Both the position numbers and the translations under genes were made by a program. A stretch of DNA of 63,472 nucleotides, the filler included, from Octopus bimaculoides (Eukaryota): NCBI RefSeq assembly GCF_001194135.2. It is 6 parts of 5 records of this genome, joined end to end, with 100 filler letters (N's around TTAATTAATTAA, not from the genome) between each part and the next. Parts side by side here need not be neighbours in the genome. Positions count along the whole stretch, not along the records: positions 1 to 25,613 come from NC_068988.1; 5 more parts are not named here. One strand, written 5' to 3'. Below are positions 1 to 13,363 of this stretch, piece after piece; positions within the stretch are counted from its first letter, which is position 1, and each line of letters starts with the position of its first letter. The notes under the pieces are model-generated. The model made no database searches and was not told the DNA's origin. It saw only the letters and a list, made by a program, of their open reading frames with translations.

Positions 1-66
<66 letters not shown>

Positions 67-466
67 GATATCCAAACAGTAGCTTTTGAAAGCAAACTGT
101 AAGGTTTTTACCCAAATCATATGTAAGCACACACACACACACATCTATATATGCACCTAGTCTACACTGTAAAGTGGTTGGCATTTGGATGGGCATCCAG
201 CTGTAAAAACCACACTAAAACTGACTTCACCTGTGTGAGTGCCATGTAAAAATCCCTCAGCCCACTCTATGGAATGGTTGTTGTTAGGAAGGGCATCCAG
301 CTATATAAACCATGCCAAAATAGACACAGAAGCATGGTGCAGGCTCCTGCCCGACCAGCTCCTGTCAAACAGTTCAACCCATGCCAGCATGGAAGGAAGA
401 TGTTAAACAATGGTGACATGCACAGAAATACACACACATATATATATACATTTATATACATATATG

Positions 467-725
467 CATCATCATCATCATCGTTTAACGTCCACTTTCC
501 ATGCTAGTATGGGTTGGATGATTTGACTGAGAACTGGTGAAACCAGAAGGCTGCACCAGGTTCCAATCTGATCTGGCAGAGTTTCTACAGCTGGATGCCC
601 TTCCTAACGCCAACCACTCTGAGAGTGTAATGGGTGCTTTTACGTGCCACCGACACGAGGGCCAGTCACACGGTACTGGCAACAGCCATGCTCAAAAAGG
701 TGTTTGTTATGTGCCACCTGCACGA
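467..725 (-). mobile_element. (GAT)n-tailed SINE copy
   Basis: Collinear with 10114-10370. Other copies or fragments at about 165-420, 9590-9800, 10780-11140, 16035-16260, 16760-16850, 30950-31050, 39466-39630, 40070-40290, 41040-41140. Confidence 0.85.
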
Positions 726-1002
726 CATACAATATGGTGTGTACTCCAGCTTTTAGAATAGGTGCACCATATATCTGCTTGTTCGTAAGAGGTGACCAGA
801 AATGTTGGCATCCAGGAAGAGTAACACTGTCTTAAAAAGTTCCACTGAATCAATGGCAGTATCGGAAAGCCCTAAAAACAACACCAGCAACAACAATAAT
901 GACAATTGGCATCATTGTCATTTAATGTCCATTCGACCTCACTGCCAATGGACTGGACATGTTTTACAGTTGTCTCACTGTAGTCTGTGTGCATTTTATC
1001 AT

Positions 1003-1336
1003 GTTGGCACTCCGTTGCTTACGACAACGAGGGTTCCAGTTGATCCAATCAACGGAACAGCCTGCTCATGAAATTAACATGCAAGTGGTTGAGCACTCCA
1101 CAGACACGTGTACCCTTAACGTAGTTCTCGGGGATATTCAGCGTGACACAGTGTGACAAGGCTGACCCTTTGAATTACAGGCACAACAGAAACAGGAAGT
1201 AAGACTGAGAGAAAGTTGTGGTGGAAGAGTACAGCAGGGGTCGCCACAATCCCCTGCCGGAGCCTCATGGAGCTTTAGGTGCTTTCGCTCAATAAACACT
1301 CACAACGCCTGGTCTGGGAATCGAAACCGTGATCCT
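1003..1336 (-). mobile_element. Second copy of the (AAC)n-tailed tRNA-derived SINE, head lost in a gap
   Basis: Collinear with 13660-13980. Confidence 0.85.
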
Positions 1337-1882
1337 NNNNNNNNNNNNNNNNNNNNNNNNNNNNNNNNNNNNNNNNNNNNNNNNNNNNNNNNNNNNNNNN
1401 NNNNNNNNNNNNNNNNNNNNNNNNNNNNNNNNNNNNNNNNNNNNNNNNNNNNNNNNNNNNNNNNNNNNNNNNNNNNNNNNNNNNNNNNNNNNNNNNNNNN
1501 NNNNNNNNNNNNNNNNNNNNNNNNNNNNNNNNNNNNNNNNNNNNNNNNNNNNNNNNNNNNNNNNNNNNNNNNNNNNNNNNNNNNNNNNNNNNNNNNNNNN
1601 NNNNNNNNNNNNNNNNNNNNNNNNNNNNNNNNNNNNNNNNNNNNNNNNNNNNNNNNNNNNNNNNNNNNNNNNNNNNNNNNNNNNNNNNNNNNNNNNNNNN
1701 NNNNNNNNNNNNNNNNNNNNNNNNNNNNNNNNNNNNNNNNNNNNNNNNNNNNNNNNNNNNNNNNNNNNNNNNNNNNNNNNNNNNNNNNNNNNNNNNNNNN
1801 NNNNNNNNNNNNNNNNNNNNNNNNNNNNNNNNNNNNNNNNNNNNNNNNNNNNNNNNNNNNNNNNNNNNNNNNNNNNNNNNNN

Positions 1883-2076
1883 TGAGCAAAGGATAGAATG
1901 TTGAATCCTTGTGGATAAAGTATGATGCTGCATAGCAATGAGACATAGGCATGGAATTCTGAAGATGTGCAAAAGTTGGAGAGAAATGAAGACAGTTCCG
2001 ATCAATATGTAACGTCAGTGTGGTTACTGATCAGCTGAGTGAAGAAGAATAGGGTATAAGTGGAATCGGGTGGACA

Positions 2077-2125
<49 letters not shown>

Positions 2126-2348
2126 TGTATGTTGGTATGGATGACATGTAACGAAAGTGGATGACTACAGGTGGATAAAGAAGCACCTGGATATCCAAGT
2201 GGAAGAAAAACTGTGGAAGAGAAGACCAAAGAACAAAATGCCAGAGAAACACAACAAATCAAAAGGAAATGTGTTAGGGAGGACTCAACCTAACCCATGC
2301 ATTCATAGAAAAAACTTATGAGAAAATGACAATGATGATGATGATGGT
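1883..2348 (+). mobile_element. RTE-clade LINE 3' end, decayed
   Basis: Remnants resembling WYGHV..MD....IKK...IQVE....RRPK, followed by aacccatgc...(GAT)n tail; interrupted by (GA)n. Confidence 0.65.
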
Positions 2349-2940
2349 GATAACAGTTAAATTAATTGTGTCCTTTCTTAGTAACTCTCCAATTCACATC
2401 AACTCACAGTAGGTGTCATCAGATGGAAGAACTTTAACAGCTGCTCTGACGTGTGGCTGTTTACTTTATGTTGCTTCATGGAACTGATAGAAGAAAGGTG
2501 GGCTATCTACGAATCTCTGCAGATTATGGTTGGTTAGTTAGTAGAACAATTGATTAGTGTTGACCAGATGGTATATATACATGAATGATATATGTACATC
2601 TATGTGTGGATTTGAATATATATGTATATACATATAAAAATATATATAAAGGAGGCCACTAGGTGGACTGCCAATGTGCCAGAAGAAGATCACATGTCAT
2701 GCGTCTACTAAGACCGAATAATTCTCAAAGGGAATTTAGCGAAGTAACAAAAACGTAAAACGGGCAAGACTAGTGAAAATTACATAAAAAATACAATTAT
2801 CTGTAAACATTTTTCGAAATCAATAGATTCTNNNNNNNNNNTATATATATATATATATATACACGTATATATACTTATATATACATTAAGCATACCTGTA
2901 TATATATTATATATTATATTATATATTATATATTTGTGCA

Positions 2941-3437
2941 GGCACAAGGGTGGCTGTGTGGTAAGAAGCTTGCTTCCCAAACAAATGGTTAGAGAGATGT
3001 AAACAAACTAACACCAGTTGTTAAGCGGTGCTGGGTGGGAGCAAACACAGACACAACACCCTCATATGTATGACAGGCTTCTTTCAATTTACATCTACCA
3101 AATCCAATCACAAGGGTTTGGTCAGCCACAGGTTATAGTAAAAGACACTTGCCCTCGGGCCGACCAAAGCCTTGTAAGTGGATTTGATAGACGGAAACTG
3201 AAAGAAGCCCGTCGTATATATATATATATTTGTGTGCGTGTGCGTCTCCCCTAACATTGTTTGACAATCGATGCTGGCATGTTTATGTCCCTGTAACTTA
3301 GCGGTTTGGCAAAAGAGTTTGATAAAATAAGTACTAGGCTTACAAAGAATAAGTCCTGGGGTCGATTTGCTCGACTAAATGCAGTGCTCCAGCATGGCTT
3401 CAGTCAAAATGACTGAAACAAGTAAAAGAATAAAGAA
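2941..3437. mobile_element. Rearranged CORE-type SINE cluster: plus head, inverted middle, plus 3' part
   Basis: 2941-2990 plus head; 2994-3154 minus; 3153-3437 plus. Confidence 0.75.
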
Positions 3438-5332
3438 TGTACATGTATATACATATATATGAATATATATATGTATATGTATATATATATATGTATGTAT
3501 GTATATATATATATATAGACACAAACACACATATATATTTGTGTATATATATGCACACACACACACACTAATGTACACATATGTATACTTACACACATGT
3601 ATATAGGTGTGTGTGGGTGTGAAGTGAGAAGAAAAAGAGAGAGAGAGAGAGAGAGAATAAAGAAGAGGAAAAGAAAGAAGCACTGTTGTCATGGTTACAA
3701 AGATATGCATTAATCCTTTTGGTTAGAATAGCTAAATATTCTTCATAGTGGAACCCTCTCCAAATTCCACCAAGCATGACAAGTGCAGCAGAAATTTTTA
3801 TCTCAACGGCGTATTTTTGACAATTTCACAATACACCGAGTCTTCAGTCATTGGTTTTTGGGTCAGGAATTGATGGACCTATCTTAAGCACCCCCACCCC
3901 ACAGACAGTCACACACACACAAACGTAGAGACAGTTGTAGACACAGACAGATAAACACGCAAACACACACATACTCACAGTGATATATGTTCACTCAATG
4001 ACAAACACACAAGCGCGCATACGCAAACATTGCACACACACACAAACATTCCTATATACATGAACATTTATTCACACACACTCATACTCATTTCTGTGTA
4101 CATGCACATGTATGCACACACATACAGACATGGTTACATACACACACATACATGCAAACGTACACCCACCCATTCACACAAACGCAGAGACAATCGTAAA
4201 CACAGATAGATAGATAGATAGACACACAAACACACAGTCACATGCCCACTCAGTGACAAATGCATAATCACTCACACACACACACACAAAACACCCACAT
4301 ATACACACCAAAGTACATCTGCACGCAATCCACAGTACACACACCCACACAGTGACACATATATGGCAGCACACCCATACATACATACAAATACACACAC
4401 ACGCGCGCGGTTATAATGTACCACATGTGTGTGAGAGATCTGAATTCAATGGAATACTTGAAGAACAAAATAGGAACAATTCCATCATTAAATATTATTG
4501 CAGAAAATAACGAGGAAATTAAAAATGAGCTCGTTCCTCAGGAGCGACGGGGTGGCGGTGGATGGAATGAGGGAGGGAGGGAGGTAGATGAAGATGGGGA
4601 GAAGGAGAGGGGAAAAATATGAATCTACCAAATTGATCGAGGTAATTGGTTAGGGTGTGTCAGTAAGAACCACTTGGTATTATTAAGTGGTTGTATATTT
4701 AGCTTAGTGTTTTACAGTGGATTAACGAGATGCTAGANNNNNNNNNNNNNNNNNNNNNNNNNNNNNNNNNNNNNNNNNNNNNNNNNNNNNNNNNNNNNNN
4801 NNNNNNNNNNNNNNNNNNNNNNNNNNNNNNNNNNNNNNNNNNNNNNNNNNNNNNNNNNNNNNNNNNNNNNNNNNNNNNNNNNNNNNNNNNNNNNNNNNNN
4901 NNNNNNNNNNNNNNNNNNNNNNNNNNNNNNNNNNNNNNNNNNNNNNNNNNNNNNNNNNNNNNNNNNNNNNNNNNNNNNNNNNNNNNNNNNNNNNNNNNNN
5001 NNNNNNNNNNNNNNNNNNNNNNNNNNNNNNNNNNNNNNNNNNNNNNNNNNNNNNNNNNNNNNNNNNNNNNNNNNNNNNNNNNNNNNNNNNNNNNNNNNNN
5101 NNNNNNNNNNNNNNNNNNNNNNNNNNNNNNNNNNNNNNNNNNNNNNNNNNNNNNNNNNNNNNNNNNNNNNNNNNNNNNNNNNNNNNNNNNNNNNNNNNNN
5201 NNNNNNNNNNNNNNNNNNNNNNNNNNNNNNNNNNNNNNNNNNNNNNNNNNNNNNNNNNNNNNNNNNNNNNNNNNNNNNNNNNNNNNNNNNNNNNNNNNNN
5301 NNNNNNNNNNNNNNNNNNNNNNNNNNNNNNNN

Positions 5333-5368
<36 letters not shown>

Positions 5369-5467
5369 GAGTGAGACTGACCTTAGTTTCTGCCCCCAGC
5401 ACTAAAAGACTAACAAGCATGTATTCTATATGCTGTGCAAGTGTATGCGTGTGTGTGTATATGTATA

Positions 5468-5610
5468 TATTATTCTTAAACAACAATGTTGTTGACAGTG
5501 CCTTCGAAGTTTCATCCAGCTAAGCCATTGTTGGACCGCCAGTCCAACGATGGCTTAACTGGCTAAAACTTCCAAGTCACTGTCAACAATATTTTTGTTT
5601 AAGAATAATA
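5468..5610. repeat. Imperfect palindrome (about 68-bp arms, 5-nt loop), MITE-like hairpin
   Basis: tattattcttaaacaacaatgttgttgacagtg...gttggac-cgcca-gtccaac...cactgtcaacaatatttttgtttaagaataata. Confidence 0.85.
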
Positions 5611-7056
5611 AATTTGTACTCTACAAAATTATAGAATAACCTTTTGGATTAATGTAAAAAATTGGTTTTATTTTATTGTTTTGCAAGATTCCTGATGTGA
5701 AATTGTGTGTTGGAACAGCTCTTATATTCAGGGATGGTCATATTTTTCACCAATTAACCACAAGCACTATATACTTGGTCTTCACTTCAGCTTAATTATT
5801 ATCATTTTAGTCTTTCGTCACCCATCCTATGTCTCCTCCAGTTCTGTTTAGTCCATTCTGTCTTTCTGGGCAGAAGAACAAGAGGAGACATGGTGGGATG
5901 GAGAGTTACTGAAGAGGACACAAGATGCATGATGAAAGATTTCTGACAAAAGTGCATGTGGTTAATTAGTAAAAATATAACTATCCCCAAATATAACAAT
6001 AAGTTTTTATTATAACTGAACATAAAAACAAACCTCCACTTAACTTGTTTCGCTGTCTGTTGCCCTTCTGTTTCCAATCCTTTAGGATTTTTCTCTTAGT
6101 GATACCCATACTTTCGTCTTCACCTAGCCCTAAAGCTACATTCTGTTTGTTTATTTTGTTTTTGTCTCCTGTCCATTTACTAATGGTCTCGTTTTGAATT
6201 ACATTTATTCATTTTCATAAATCCATTTCTGTATTGCTTGTTTATCCATTTATTGTTTGTCTGTTTTCAGTCCCATATTCCCGGCAGTTCTTGCCAGAGC
6301 CACCAGAAAGAAGTAATATTATTGTTAAAGGCATGAAATTGTGTTTGACCCTCTGGTTGATAACAGATGAGGAGTTGGGGACCTTTTGTGTCTGTCTTCC
6401 ATTTGTCTGTGGTATTTACTATATGTTTTTAAACTTGCCATTCTGTGTGTGTTTTTCATTTATGTATTTACTATACATTTTTTAACTTGTGTATGTGTGT
6501 GTGTGCCAAGTTCTGCAAAGGAAAGATACTAATGCCCCTCTTCACCAATATTTGAAATTTTTTTTCTTTCTTTCACCCCCATTTTATAAATGGGAAGACC
6601 TTAATATAACACTTCCTTCCATGCCATGGTGTCGGACAAGTTTATGTCTCACTACAGTCATTCAACCTGATAGAAATAGCAGCCAAGTCTCTTTGAGATC
6701 ATCTCACACATATATTATCATCACATATTGTTTGCTTATTTTACAGGTGATCACAGTCAACTCATAACCAATGGTAGTCTCTAGACCAAATGATTGGCCC
6801 TGGTCATTGTTGGTGGGTACTAAATCCCTGGGTGAAATTTGATCTCAGAATACAAACAGCCCCAGATACAACAAAAAATTCCTGTCCTACACTCCAATAA
6901 TTCAGCCAGTCCAAGGTCTTCTGACATAGTATTTTATTCACCGATGCCAATAAGTTGAAATGCAATGTTGACCTCAGCAGAATTAGAACTCAGAACGCTG
7001 GAAGAAATACTTTAATATCTTTGGCAATTTACCACCTTGATTGAAAAACCTTTACA

Positions 7057-7087
<31 letters not shown>

Positions 7088-7500
7088 GGCCATGGTTGGA
7101 ATGCCTTTGAGCATAGGTCTGCTTGTTCATGGTCCACTTACAGTTTACACAACAACAACATAAATAATAATGACGTTAAACAGCAGGCATGCTAGAAATA
7201 GCAGGTAAAACTCCTTCAACCCACACATAAAGATTTAAAAAAGAGGAAGGACACAGAGCCATACTCATAGATATCCATAACTGCACACATATATACACAT
7301 ACAGATGTGTGTGCATGTGTTTATGTATATGGCAGTGTGGTAAGAAGTTTAATTCTCCAACTACATGGTTTTGAGTTCAGTCCCACTGCATAGCACCTTG
7401 AGCAAGCACCTTCTATTATAACCATGGGCCAACCAAAGCCTTGAGTGGATTTAGTAGAAGAAAACTGAGAAAAAACTGACATATGCCTGTGTGTGTATAA

Positions 7501-7531
<31 letters not shown>

Positions 7532-7648
7532 ATATATATATATATATATATACATACACACACATGCAGCCATAATTCACATCACTAAAGGTTAAAAGTT
7601 TCTAGTACACATGTATATATAAATTAGTACGTGTACACATTTCAATGA

Positions 7649-7683
<35 letters not shown>

Positions 7684-8749
7684 GTGGGATAGGGAATGTG
7701 AGCATGTGTGTTACCATTTAAAAAAATTTTTGCTACATTTTATTATTATTAGTATTATTATTATATCTATTTTTGTGTTCTTGCATGGTGGGATGGTTTT
7801 AGGTGGTGTGCAACAAGTATTTTTTCAGCTGCATGTCCTTCCTTAACATTTCCCTACCTACTACCACCACCACCACCACCACAGAATACTGTTGAACATT
7901 TGATATAGTTATATAGGGATACTATTATTATTAGTGCATGAAGATTACTATATTTTTCTTTTTTTAATGGCTTAGTCAGAGGAAGCAAGGCAGTACTCGT
8001 GACTCTCTTTAGGGCCTCAAAGACTGGTGGGAGGATAGGAGGAAGTTGTCACTTCATATCACAGACTTTACACTGAATGCATGCAACAGAAAGCATCCCA
8101 GGGTCATGTGGAGGTATAGAGCATGATTTGGATCATGTTCATCACCTTTAAAACAAGGTGAGAAACATAACAACAGAAACAATCCCTCAGTTTGTAATTT
8201 AGACACAGGGTCAGTCCTGACTATTTTTCAGTGATAAGAAAAAAAATCCTTTTAGTCAGGAGGGAAGGTAATGTGGATGATCCTTTATGGGGCTTCTGAG
8301 ACTGGTGAGAAGAATCAATGCTCAAACTGGAGAACTGGCTTAAATGTCTGCAACAGAGTGGACACCACTAAAAGAAAGCTACCAGTGATGCTAAGTTGTG
8401 GTGGTGTTAAAAAAAGGGGGTGAATTAAGTTATGGTGGGATTTGAACTCAGAATACAAAGAGATGGAACAAATACCACAAGGAATCTGGTCTCATGTTCT
8501 TACACTTGTGCCAATCTACCACCCTCAATTTATCCTGTCTTTTACTTGTTTCAATGATTGAATTGTGGACTTGCTGGAGCACCATTTTGAAAGGGTTTTA
8601 GCGGAACAGACAGACCCCTTAGTACTTATTTTATTAGTATCCTTTGTGGAACTACTATGTCATGGGGATGTAAACAAACCAATACTGGTTGTCAAGTGGT
8701 GAAGGGGAGGAACAGACACAGGTACAGAGAAACAAATACAATGATCTTC

Positions 8750-8996
8750 CATACAGCTTCTTATTTCTTTATTGCCCACAGGGGGCTAAACATAGAAGGG
8801 ACAAACAAGGACAGATAAAGGGATTAAGTTGATTACACCAACCCCAGTGCGTAACTGGTACTTAATTTATCGACCCCCGAAAGGATGAAAGGCAAAGTCA
8901 ACCTTGGCGGAATTTGAACTAAGAACGTAGCGGCAGACGAAATACCACTAAGCATTTTGCCTGGCTTGCTAACGTTTCTGCCAGCTCACCACCTTC
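8750..8996 (-). mobile_element. tRNA-derived SINE (gagctggcagaaacgttagc head), near full-length
   Basis: Minus strand gagctggcagaaacgttagc...gttcttagttcaaattccgccaaggttgactttgcctttcatcctttcggggg. Fragments also at about 6930-7040, 8410-8520, 9150-9260, 11880-12200, 23500-23640, 46575-46770, 59560-59900. Confidence 0.85.
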
Positions 8997-10024
8997 TTCC
9001 ATACAGCTTCTGTCAACCAAATTCACTCACAAGGCAATGGTCAACCAGAGGCTATAGTAGATGACCCTTGCCTAAGGTGCAGTGCAGTGGGATTGAACAT
9101 GAAATTACATAGTTGCTAAGCAAGATTCTTAATCATACAGCCATGGTATTCTTTTTTAATTGACTCCCACAAAGATGAAAGGCAAAGTTGATCTCAGCAG
9201 GATTTGAACTCAGAGCACTGAGTGTCAGAACAAATACTGCAAAGTATTTTATCTGACATTCAAAGGCCTCCCTCTCAGGAACATCCCATCCTTTTCTTGG
9301 CCATCATGTATCTAGGAATACATTTATCCTACACATTTCTATTTTTCCAAGTTGAGTGAGTGTAATTTGAGGAAGATTTAGTTGCTATTTCAAGCAGAGA
9401 GAAAAACCTGATAAAAGCTTCTTCAGTTTGTGAACAGCAATAAAACTATATCTTTTATTTGTTTTAGTCATAGGACTACAGCCATGCTGGAGCACTGCCT
9501 TGAAGGGATTAATTAGACAAACAGCTCCCTAGTATTTATCCTATAAGTCTGTTTCACTGGATCGCTAATTTACAGGGATATAAATCAAGCCAAGTGAAAT
9601 CGTAGATACTGGCACCTGTGCCACTGGCACATAAAAGCACCCATTACACTCTTGGAATGGTTGGCGTTAGGAAGGGCATCCAACCATGGAAACCATGCCA
9701 GACTAGAGTCTGATGCAGCCCTTCAGCTTGCCAGCCCTGGTCAAACTGTCCAACAGATACCAGCATAGACAACAAATGTTAAATGTTGATGATGATGATA
9801 TAAACAAACCAACACCGGTTGTCAAGTAGTGGTGGGACACACATACAATGGGCTTCCACACAGTTTTTGTTTACACTTATTGAGACCAAATCGAGTCATG
9901 TGAATTGGATGTCCACTCCTTCGTCATAAACCGCAGCCAAGCCTGCATGCAAGTAATACAGATACTTCGAGGTAAGTACAGACATTGTCTGTAAGATCTT
10001 GAGTGGAAATGCTTATCAGGAAGA

Positions 10025-10113
<89 letters not shown>

Positions 10114-10117
<4 letters not shown>

Positions 10118-10635
10118 ATCATCGTCATCAGTTAACGTCCACTTTCCATGCTAACATGGGTTGGACGATTTGACTGAGGACTGGCGAACCGGATGGCTGC
10201 ACCAGGCTCCAATCTGATCTGGCAGAGTTTCTACAACTGGATGCCCTTCCTAATGCCAACCACTCCGAAAGTGTAGTGGGTGCTTTTACATGCCACCAGC
10301 ACGAGGGCCAGTCAGACGGTACTGGCAACAGCCACGCTCAAAATGGTGTTTTTTACATTCCACCTGCACAGGAGCCAGTCCAGAGGCAGTGGCAACAACC
10401 TTGCTTGAATGTTTTCTAATGTGTCAGTAAGGTGATGCTGGTAACGATTACACTCAAATGGTGCTATTTATGTGCTACTGGCATGGAAGCCAGACAGCTG
10501 CTCTGGCAATGATCATGCTCGGACGGTGCTGTTAGTGCTCCACTGGCACAGGTGCCAGTCATCAAATATGGTTCAATTATGATTCTGATTTCACTTGCCC
10601 CAACAGGTCTTCGCAAGCAGAGTTTAGTGTCCAAG
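10114..10635 (-). mobile_element. (GAT)n-tailed SINE with RTE-like 3' end and internal modular repeats, longest copy
   Basis: Tail aacccatgttagcatggaaagtggacgttaa(ctga)tgacgatgatg. Several ~55-65-bp modules beginning ggtgc/ggtgt-tttt-ac-tgcc. Confidence 0.8.
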
Positions 10636-11496
10636 TTGACCGAAACATCAAAGTCACGGTCACACCTCTTCTTATAAAAGTATACAAATGGAAAAAGTTT
10701 GGAATAATTCTTTAGCTTAATGTTAGACTGATCTTATTATAACTTGATATAAAAACAAACATTTACATAGATACCATCATCATCATCATTTAATGTCTGT
10801 TTTCCATGCTGGCATGGGTTAGACGGTATGACTGAAAACTGTTAAGCCAGGGAGTTGTACCAGATTCCAATCTGATTTGGTATGGTTTCTATGGCTGGAT
10901 GCCTTTCCTAACACCCTTCCTACATATGCTTATATATATAAGCATTGGTATTGTTGCTGATGCCACATAAAAAGCACCCAGTCCACTTTATAAAGTGGAA
11001 GGGCATCCAGCTGTAGACACCAGGCTGAAACAGACTATGGAACCTGGTGTGGTCCGTGGTCTTGCCAGCTCCTGTCAACCCTTTCAACCCATGCCATCTG
11101 GAAAATAGACATTAAATGATGACGATGATGACAATGATGATTATATCTACACACACAAAAAATTATTTATTCATCTAGGAACTTCAGTTCGTTAGAAACT
11201 TCAGAAAAAAGTTAAAGATAAAAAGATTCAGAATAAAACAAAATATCTCAAACTATGCATTGTCTAGAGAGCAAAAATTTGACATAACAAATTACTTGCA
11301 CATGTATTACATATGCTCATACAGTTATAAACATGTAGTGAAAATAGCAAGAGAGAGAGGTGGGGAGCAGGGGGAAGCCAATACACATGAGCCTTCCACC
11401 CTTTCCTGTTTATCTATATCCCAATTTACACATATATTACATGCAAACACACATACACACACACATAAATACTTATAAATATACAAAAATTGTACA

Positions 11497-11865
11497 GGCG
11501 CAGGAGTGGCTGTGTGGTAAGTAGCTTGCTTACCAACCACATGGTTCCAGGTTCATTCCCACTGCGTTGCACCTTGGGCAAGTGTCTTCTTCTATAGCCC
11601 TGGGCTGACCAAAGCCTTGTGAGTGGATTTGGTAGACGGAAACTGAAAGAAGCCCGCCGTATATATGTATGTGTGTATGTTTGCCCCCCCCCCCATCGCT
11701 TGACAACCAATGGTGATGTGCTTATGTCCCCCTAACTTGGCGGTTCGGCAAAAGAGACCGATAGAATAAGTACTAGGCTTACAAGGAATAAGTCCTGGGG
11801 TTGATTTGCTCGACTAAAGGCGGTGCTCCAGTCAAATGACTGAAACAAGTAAAAGAGTAAAAGAG
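11497..11865 (+). mobile_element. CORE-type composite SINE, full-length copy
   Basis: Collinear with 51161-51550. Confidence 0.85.
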
Positions 11866-12225
11866 GAAGCGCCAAGAATGTGGGATAGCTGATTACATTG
11901 AAACCTCTCCACCACTGCAACCCCACCGCATGTACTTGACAGGTACTTTATTTTATCGACCTTCCTAAAGGATGAAAGGCAAAGTTAACAGTGACCAGTT
12001 CTGGACTCAGAAGGTAAAGACCTGAACAAGTACCACCAAGGCACTTGGTCCTGTGCTCTAACAATTCTGTCAGTTCACCAATAATAATAATAACAATAAT
12101 AATAATAATGATCCTTTCTACTTTAGGCACAAGGCCTGAAATTTTGGGGGAGGGCGAAAGTCAATTACATCAACCCCAGTTTTTCACTGGTACTTAATTT
12201 ATTAATTATTCCCTATAAATATATT

Positions 12226-12371
12226 TATTTATATTAAGGGCATTACTATACATAAATGCCTCACACTAGGAGGGACTCTTAAAGTCAAAACTACCATAAA
12301 AAACACATTGACTTTAAGTGTCCCTCCTAGCAGGAGGCATTTATATATAGTAATGCCCTTAATATAAATAT
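12226..12371. repeat. Imperfect palindrome (about 63-bp arms, 20-nt loop), MITE-like hairpin
   Basis: tatttatattaagggcattactata...aaagtcaa / ttgactttaa...tatagtaatgcccttaatataaata. Confidence 0.85.
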
Positions 12372-13363
12372 ATACATATATACATACACACATACAATTG
12401 CAGGTGTCTCCTTCCTCTAGACATTCAAGAAGCCACATGGAAAGAAAACAAAAGAAAACAAGATTGAAACACTGCAACAGAAATCAAAGATGTGAACAAA
12501 CAATGGTTTTTTGTAAAATCCATGATTGAGCAAGCCAGCCTAAATGATGTTAAGAGGTGACGTTAAATCGAGAAGGATTGTGTTAAAGACAAAAATAGAG
12601 CCATGATCACAGAAAGAAAGAGAAACAAAAGTTATTTTCCATTTGTCCGAGATTTGTGAAATGAAAACCATTAGATGCTGCCTGACCATTAAACAGGAAC
12701 AATCAATAGAAATGGTATTGATAAATGGAAAGAACCAAAACACTCTCTCTCTCCCTCCCTCTCGCCCTCTCTCTTTCTTCCCCCCTCTCTCTCTGCCTTG
12801 TTTTCTCTTTCATTAACTGTGTCATTCTCTTTCTTTGTCTTGTTTTCTCTTCCATTAACTGTATCACTTTCTCTCTCTCTCTTTCTGTGTAATACTCTTT
12901 CTCCCTCTCTCTCTGACTCATACTCTTTCTTTCTCTCACTCTCTGTCTTGCTTGCTCTCTCTTTTCTCTCTCACTCTCTTTCTTTCATTCTCTTTGTGTG
13001 TCTTGCTTTTTTTCCTCTCTCTCTCCTGCTCTTCCTTTACACCTACATGACCCTCTCAACAGAAACCACCAAAATACTTCACTTGGATTCACAACTTGAA
13101 ACAGAATACTTAATAGTCACGATGGCTGGTCGGTCGATCAGTTAAAGTGATTTCTATTTAGTGTGTGGGAGCACACACATACATGTACACACACAGACAC
13201 ATACACACACACACACACATATGGTGTTGGTGCTTACAGTGGAGGTGGTACACAGAAGAGAAAGACTAAGGAAGACACGGGGTTGTAAGGTGAGAAGAAG
13301 TCAGATTTAAGGATAATGTACTCCCACAGACAGGAAGAGATATTGTTAATGCAAACCTATTCA

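Noticed and set aside
10173-10200. CTGAGGA followed by a CTGG-CGAA-CC(A/G)G hairpin in the (GAT)n-tailed SINE (also 39527)
   Set aside because: No GAAA after the hairpin and no stem III; not a hammerhead.
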